From a virus (Duplodnaviria; Caudoviricetes): 35,002 bases of DNA. A program made the position numbers and the translations under genes. Shown piece after piece: positions 30,708 through 35,002 of the stretch (position 1 is the stretch's first letter; each line of letters starts with the position of its first letter). Location: positions 1-35,002 of the IMG/VR virus record IMGVR_UViG_3300043427_003985; one strand, written 5' to 3'. The notes under the pieces were generated by a model. It was not told where the DNA came from. It saw only the letters and a program-made list of their open reading frames with translations, and did not search any database.

Positions 30708-31764
30708 GGGCATTCCCTCTTGGGAGAACTTCATCTGGAAAGACAAAGTTTTCTCCGGGTTGGTCAATAGGAGCCATCCAGGCACGAATTCCTTCATTAA
30801 GAAGTATGTTCTTTGTTACGAACGTCTCAAATTCTGGATCGGAAGCAGCACGAATTTCTTGTGATACAAAGTCATAAGCACGAAGGTTAAATGCTAATCC
30901 AACAATACCAATAGATGCAACCCAAAGACCCATTACCGGAACGAACAACATAAAGAAATGCAACCAACGCTTGTTACTAAAAGCAATACCAAAGATTTGA
31001 GACCAAAATCTATTGGCAGTCACCATAGAATAAGTTTCTTCTTCTTGAGTAGGTTCAAATCCTTTAAACGTGTTTGCCGCAGAACCATCTTCATAAAGTG
31101 TATTTTCCACAGTAGCACCATGAATCGCACACAATAAAGCACCACCAAGAATACCCGCTACGCCCATCATATGAAACGGATTTAGCGTATAGTTATGAAA
31201 TCCTTGTATAAACAGCAGGAACCTGAAGATAGCAGCAACACCAAATGAAGGTGCAAAGAACCAACTAGATTGTCCCAGTGGATACATCAGAAACACAGAA
31301 ACAAATACTGCAATTGGACCAGAGAATGCAATTGCGTTGTAAGGACGGATACCAACCAAACGGGCAATCTCAAACTGGCGAAGCATAAATCCTATGAGAG
31401 CAAAGGCTCCGTGGAGCGCCACAAAAGTCCAGAGTCCCCCAAGTTGGAACCACCTGATAATATCCCCTTGAGACTCAGGACCCCAAAGTAGAAGAAGAGA
31501 ATGACCCATAGAATCTGCAGGCGACGACACAGCCGCTGTGAGAAAATTAGCGCCTTCAAGGTAACTAGACGCCAACCCGTGGGTGTACCAGCTTGTAACA
31601 AACGTTGTGCCAGTAAGCCACCCACCAAGGGCAAGATAAGCAGTGGGAAAAAGTAGTAATCCAGACCAACCCACAAATACAAAGCGATCTCGTTTAAGCC
31701 AGTCATCCAAGACATCGAACCATCCTCGCTGTGAAATAGGTTGTGAAAGTGTTGAAGAAGTCAT
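30703..31764 (-). CDS. psbD: Photosystem II D2 protein
   Basis: [21 protein letters not shown] ... EVLPRGNAL; GGAGG RBS. Confidence 0.99.
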   Translation of the reverse strand: MTSSTLSQPISQRGWFDVLDDWLKRDRFVFVGWSGLLLFPTAYLALGGWLTGTTFVTSWYTHGLASSYLEGANFLTAAVSSPADSMGHSLLLLWGPESQGDIIRWFQLGGLWTFVALHGAFALIGFMLRQFEIARLVGIRPYNAIAFSGPIAVFVSVFLMYPLGQSSWFFAPSFGVAAIFRFLLFIQGFHNYTLNPFHMMGVAGILGGALLCAIHGATVENTLYEDGSAANTFKGFEPTQEEETYSMVTANRFWSQIFGIAFSNKRWLHFFMLFVPVMGLWVASIGIVGLAFNLRAYDFVSQEIRAASDPEFETFVTKNILLNEGIRAWMAPIDQPGENFVFPDEVLPRGNAL

Positions 31765-31785
31765 AACCTCCCTAGTGATTTCTCA

Positions 31786-31793
31786 TATTTATG
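31786..31793 (-). promoter_or_regulatory. Late-promoter-like CATAAATA upstream of psbD
   Basis: Matches NATAAATA, 21 nt upstream of the ATG. Confidence 0.55.
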
Positions 31794-31815
31794 TTAACAT
31801 CTCTTAACATAAAGG

Positions 31816-32205
31816 TCAATGAGTATTAGTGCTTAGGTATTCAACTGCTCTCATAAGTCCATCAAGATTGTCGCCTAATCTACTTATTCCAATATTGCAA
31901 CTATCGCAAATCCACCCTCTAAATTTATTTGTTTCATGATCATGATCTAAAACAAATTTTTTACATTTTTTACCACAACAATCACATGAGTTGGGTTTTG
32001 GTGGTGCTTGTTTTCTTAAATTTAAAACATCTTTATTAATCCTTTTTTCACATTCTTTACATATTGGATATATTCTTTTCTTATCTTTCCCTTCTCCTCT
32101 TTTGCGAAAACAATCTAGCAGTTTCTCTTCCTTACATTTGGTACATAGTTTTAAATTTGCAGTTGGTTTAGATTCTTCAATTCCAAGTATAGTAAATATA
32201 GACAT
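31816..32205 (-). CDS. Endonuclease VII-family (F-CphI-like) protein 2
   Basis: CTKC..CKEC zinc finger; CDCCG...LDHDHET.KFRGWIC.SCN.G...LGDN. Confidence 0.85.
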   Translation of the reverse strand: MSIFTILGIEESKPTANLKLCTKCKEEKLLDCFRKRGEGKDKKRIYPICKECEKRINKDVLNLRKQAPPKPNSCDCCGKKCKKFVLDHDHETNKFRGWICDSCNIGISRLGDNLDGLMRAVEYLSTNTH

Positions 32206-32207
32206 AA

Positions 32208-32633
32208 TTAATTTACTTTTAAATATTCAATCATTGATTGGAGAGTGTTGATATTATCTCCCACAAGACCAAGAGCTGTGTTGCAATGATGACAAAGTAG
32301 TTTTCTTACTTTACCAGTATTGTGGCAATGGTCTACACATAACTTCTTCCATTTACCATTTCCTTCATTACCACAAATAGCACAAAGACCACTTTGTTCC
32401 TCATACATTTTAGTATGCTCATCGAGAGTTATACCGTACATCCTTTTCAAATCATTATTTTTAGTGCGTTGCGGATTTGCTTGATGTCTTGCTTTTACTC
32501 TTGCCTTATCGCATTCTTTACAAGCAGAGTGTCTCCTACCTGTTTTCTTATCACGCATATAAAACTCTGTAATCTGTTTCTCAACTCCGCAGGTCATACA
32601 GGTTCTATACAGGTCGGAGTACAATTTAGTCAT
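32208..32633 (-). CDS. Endonuclease VII-family (F-CphI-like) homing endonuclease 1
   Basis: YGIT......M.EEQ.G.CAICG...LCVDHCH.TGKVR.LLC..CN.ALG..GDN; directly downstream of psbA, as F-CphI is in cyanophage S-PM2. Confidence 0.9.
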   Translation of the reverse strand: MTKLYSDLYRTCMTCGVEKQITEFYMRDKKTGRRHSACKECDKARVKARHQANPQRTKNNDLKRMYGITLDEHTKMYEEQSGLCAICGNEGNGKWKKLCVDHCHNTGKVRKLLCHHCNTALGLVGDNINTLQSMIEYLKVN

Positions 32634-32657
32634 CTCGTGCTTTCTTTCGTACTTAAA

Positions 32658-32665
32658 TATTTATA
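32658..32665 (-). promoter_or_regulatory. Late promoter TATAAATA for the endonuclease VII genes
   Basis: Exact consensus fused to the U tract of the psbA terminator. Confidence 0.75.
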
Positions 32666-32689
32666 AAAAAAGGAACTCCGAAGAGTTCC
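32665..32689 (-). terminator. psbA intrinsic terminator
   Basis: GGAACTC-TTCG-GAGTTCC-TTTTTTT: UUCG tetraloop plus U tract. Confidence 0.9.
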
Positions 32690-32700
32690 CCTTTATTATA

Positions 32701-34804
32701 TCACCCGATGGATGGTGCAGTCAAGGCAACTGGGGTTGCTTCGGCAGCAGCAAGATCAAGTGGGAAGTTGTGAGCATTCCTTGTGTTTTAACCTTTGTCG
32801 CCAAAGGGAGCGGACTATATCATCACTCATAAGAGTGTCGGACGCTAGTGGCGTATTACGGATGAAGCGTCATCCACCGCCTAGTCTCTGAACCTTCCTT
32901 ACACGCTTGCAAGGCTTGGCTGCTGATTGTCTACAAGAGAGTTCCAGCAATTCATCCGATTTAACGAGCGCCATGCGTTCACAAAACGCTCGTGCATCAC
33001 CTCCATGCCGAGTCCAGCACGGTTGAGAACATCAGCCCAAGTGTTAATTACTTTACCTTCAGAACTCATAATGCTCTGATTAAAATTAAAGCCATTGAGA
33101 TTAAAAGCCATCGTAGAAACACCAAGAGCAGTGAACCAAATGCCTACAACGGGCCAAGCAGCAAGGAAGAAGTGCAGCGAACGTGAGTTATTAAAGGAAG
33201 CATATTGGAAAATAAGGCGACCAAAATAACCGTGAGCAGCAACGATGTTATAAGTCTCTTCTTCTTGACCGAACTTGTAACCATAATTCTGTGACTCGTT
33301 CTCAGTGGTTTCACGAACCAGCGAGGAAGTCACCAGAGAACCGTGCATAGCACTGAACAGAGAACCACCAAAGACACCAGCAACTCCAAGCATATGGAAG
33401 GGGTGCATCAGGATGTTGTGCTCTGCCTGGAACACAAGCATGTAGTTAAAAGTACCAGAGATGCCCAGTGGCATCGCATCAGAGAACGAACCTTGACCGA
33501 AAGGATAAACCAGGAACACTGCAGAAGCAGCAGCAACAGGTGCGCTGTAAGCAACGCAGATCCAAGGACGCATACCAAGACGGTAAGAAAGTTCCCACTC
33601 ACGACCCATATAAGCATAGATGCCAATGAGGAAGTGGAATACAACTAGTTGGAAAGGACCCCCATTATAGCAGTCGGGGGAACCATATGTTTCCATATGG
33701 ACTGGACTATATCTTCATCTTATTTTTTATAAGATGTCGGGCGCTAATCTGGTATTACTCAACACGCTTGTTGAACCCAGTAGTCTCTGAACCTTCCACA
33801 GAAGTATCGTCTGTGGCTTGGATGCTGATTGGCATATTCTCTAAAATCCAACTACAAGAAATACCACTTGTTAAAAGTCTATTTCCATTAGCAACACTAT
33901 TAAGATGTGAAGGATAAACTTTTACCCCATATTTTTCCAGAATAATAGAACAAACAGTTTTGAGTGTTTTATCTTCTTCTGGATTAAAAACTACATCCCC
34001 AAGATGATTACCAATAGTCCTTTCAGTTAGTTTTTCATAAATGTGAAATACTTTACTGTATTTTCTATTAGTAAGAGTTTCTTGTGTTGCATTCTTTGGA
34101 TTTTTGTAGGCATAGTTGATAAGATTTTTACCAATCTTTTGCCTTACACTTCTTGGTTGTTTAAGAGCAGCAGACCGAAGTTGTCCGCTTTCTTTTGCAA
34201 CCTTACCACCTCTTTTACCTGCAAGAGAAATAACTTGATGAATTATTTCCTCTTTTTTAGAGTATCCTGCAAGTGCTTTCCAAGCAATCTTATCTTCTTC
34301 GTTTCCCCAAAGACGCCAGTTACAATAATGAAACATAGCGTGTTGAGTTGTAGAAACTTCTACAAGATTTTGGGATTCGTTAGAACCACCAAGATATTTT
34401 GGAGTAAGGTGATGTTTGTGTTTCATAGAGAACTTAGCTTTCCAGCAGTTCACCCGATTTAAAGTGACCCAATATTATTTATAAAGCCACTCATCAAGAG
34501 AAGCAGCATCCCAGATGCTGTAAAAATGCAATCCAATCGCATTAGAACTTGGAATAACAGCACCAGAGATGATGTTGTTTCCGTACATAAGTGAACCAGC
34601 AACGGGCTCCCTAATACCGTCAATATCGACAGGGGGGGCTCCGATGAAAGCAATGATGAAACAAGTTGTAGCAGCAAGCAGGCAAGGAATCATCAGAACT
34701 CCGAACCAACCGACATAAAGACGATTATCGGTTGAAGTAACCCAGTTGCAGAACTGTTCCCAAGTATTCGATTGTGATTTTTGACGTGAAAGTGTAGCAG
34801 TCAT
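32701..34804 (-). CDS. psbA: Photosystem II D1 protein, spliced: join(34485..34804, 32986..33670, 32701..32778)
   Basis: Exons of 320+685+78 = 1083 nt = 360 aa + stop. Junctions restore DEWL|YNGGP and MHER|[10 protein letters not shown]. Confidence 0.98.
32779..32985 (-). ncRNA. Group I intron 2 in psbA (207 nt, no ORF)
   Basis: Exon ends in U (CGT) and intron ends in G; P1 ACGAGCGU/GCGCUCGU with a U.G pair; P10-like GUGA..GCAU pairs with exon 3; core UGCUGGAA, AAUCAGCAG, GUUCAGAGACUA, GAUAUAGUCC. Confidence 0.95.
33755..34426 (-). CDS. Intron-encoded HNH-type homing endonuclease
   Basis: [16 protein letters not shown]...NLV......HAMFH motif; the ATG at 34426 is preferred over GTG 34453; the C-terminus reads through the intron core. 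Confidence 0.85.
   Translation of the reverse strand: MKHKHHLTPKYLGGSNESQNLVEVSTTQHAMFHYCNWRLWGNEEDKIAWKALAGYSKKEEIIHQVISLAGKRGGKVAKESGQLRSAALKQPRSVRQKIGKNLINYAYKNPKNATQETLTNRKYSKVFHIYEKLTERTIGNHLGDVVFNPEEDKTLKTVCSIILEKYGVKVYPSHLNSVANGNRLLTSGISCSWILENMPISIQATDDTSVEGSETTGFNKRVE
34476..34483 (-). promoter_or_regulatory. Late promoter TATAAATA in the P1 loop of intron 1
   Basis: Exact consensus at intron nt 2-9, about 50 nt upstream of the HNH start. Confidence 0.65.
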
Positions 34805-34817
34805 TTGTATTAAACAG

Positions 34818-34921
34818 TTAGTAAGACCATCAGGGAAATGGTGGAGTTACTATTTCTCAGCACCCTTATCTGAGATATGAGAGACGTTCTTATACACCCA
34901 TAGGTCTCGGTTAACGGGTGT
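34818..34921 (-). ncRNA. Structured psbA 5' leader (PhotoRC-II-like RNA motif)
   Basis: Stems ACACCC/GGGTGT, GAGAC/GTCTC (crossing, pseudoknot-like), CTCAG/CTGAG, ACCAT/ATGGT; position matches the motif described upstream of cyanophage psbA. Confidence 0.65.
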
Positions 34922-34966
34922 TTAACAATGTTAAGGATTATGTGAATTCCGTAACATTTGTTTACC

Positions 34967-35000
34967 TATTTATCATAGCACGACCAACCAGACCCGTCAA
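34967..35000 (-). promoter_or_regulatory. Composite psbA promoter: sigma70-type plus late box
   Basis: TTGACG-17 nt-TATGAT with extended -10 TG, overlapping GATAAATA. Confidence 0.8.
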
Positions 35001-35002
35001 GC

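Larger units (their letters stand above)
33671..34484 (-). mobile_element. Group I intron 1 in psbA (814 nt) with a homing endonuclease ORF
   Basis: P1 GAGUGGCU/GGUCACUU with U.G at the splice site; terminal G; same P/Q/R/S core strings as intron 2; inserted within codon 107. Confidence 0.95.

Noticed and set aside
32634-32640. GCACGAG before the EndoVII start matches the psbA intron-2 insertion site (possible operator mimic)
   Set aside because: Only 7 nt; compatible with chance.
32500-32760. Antisense RNA linking psbA and the endonuclease (CfrI-like, as in S-PM2)
   Set aside because: No convincing plus-strand NATAAATA was found (only TATAAAAC near 32558); cannot be supported without transcript data.
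1264-34462. Numerous short plus-strand and nested ORFs in the track
   Set aside because: They are shadows of well-supported minus-strand genes and have no recognisable motifs.
32899-34804. psbA as a pseudogene or as separate 109-aa and 265-aa genes
   Set aside because: Explained by two group I introns; the spliced frame is intact.

Overview
AT-rich segment of a T4-like cyanophage (cyanomyovirus) genome in which every credible gene lies on the minus strand. In transcription order (right to left): (1) A photosynthesis and mobile-element module. psbA is split into three exons by two group I introns (814 nt carrying an HNH ORF, and 207 nt ORF-less) and splices to an intact 360-aa D1. It is followed by two tandem endonuclease-VII (F-CphI-like) genes, a psbD with an unusually divergent 3' half, a GIY-YIG-like/NUMOD3 endonuclease preceded by a promoter-hairpin-terminator-promoter cassette that looks like an antisense small-RNA control element, a class II aldolase and an HNH gene. 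(2) A virion fibre/adhesin module: a 676-aa fibre protein, a 1384-aa proline-free collagen-like fibre, two LamG-type proteins and a 1150-aa RCC1-repeat protein. (3) About 15 kb of glycan/protein-modification genes: TPR-glycosyltransferases, FkbM methyltransferases, a sulfotransferase, 2OG-Fe(II) oxygenases and a radical SAM/SPASM fusion. The window ends in the 5' end of a glutaredoxin. All family calls come from motif recognition by eye, not from database searches.
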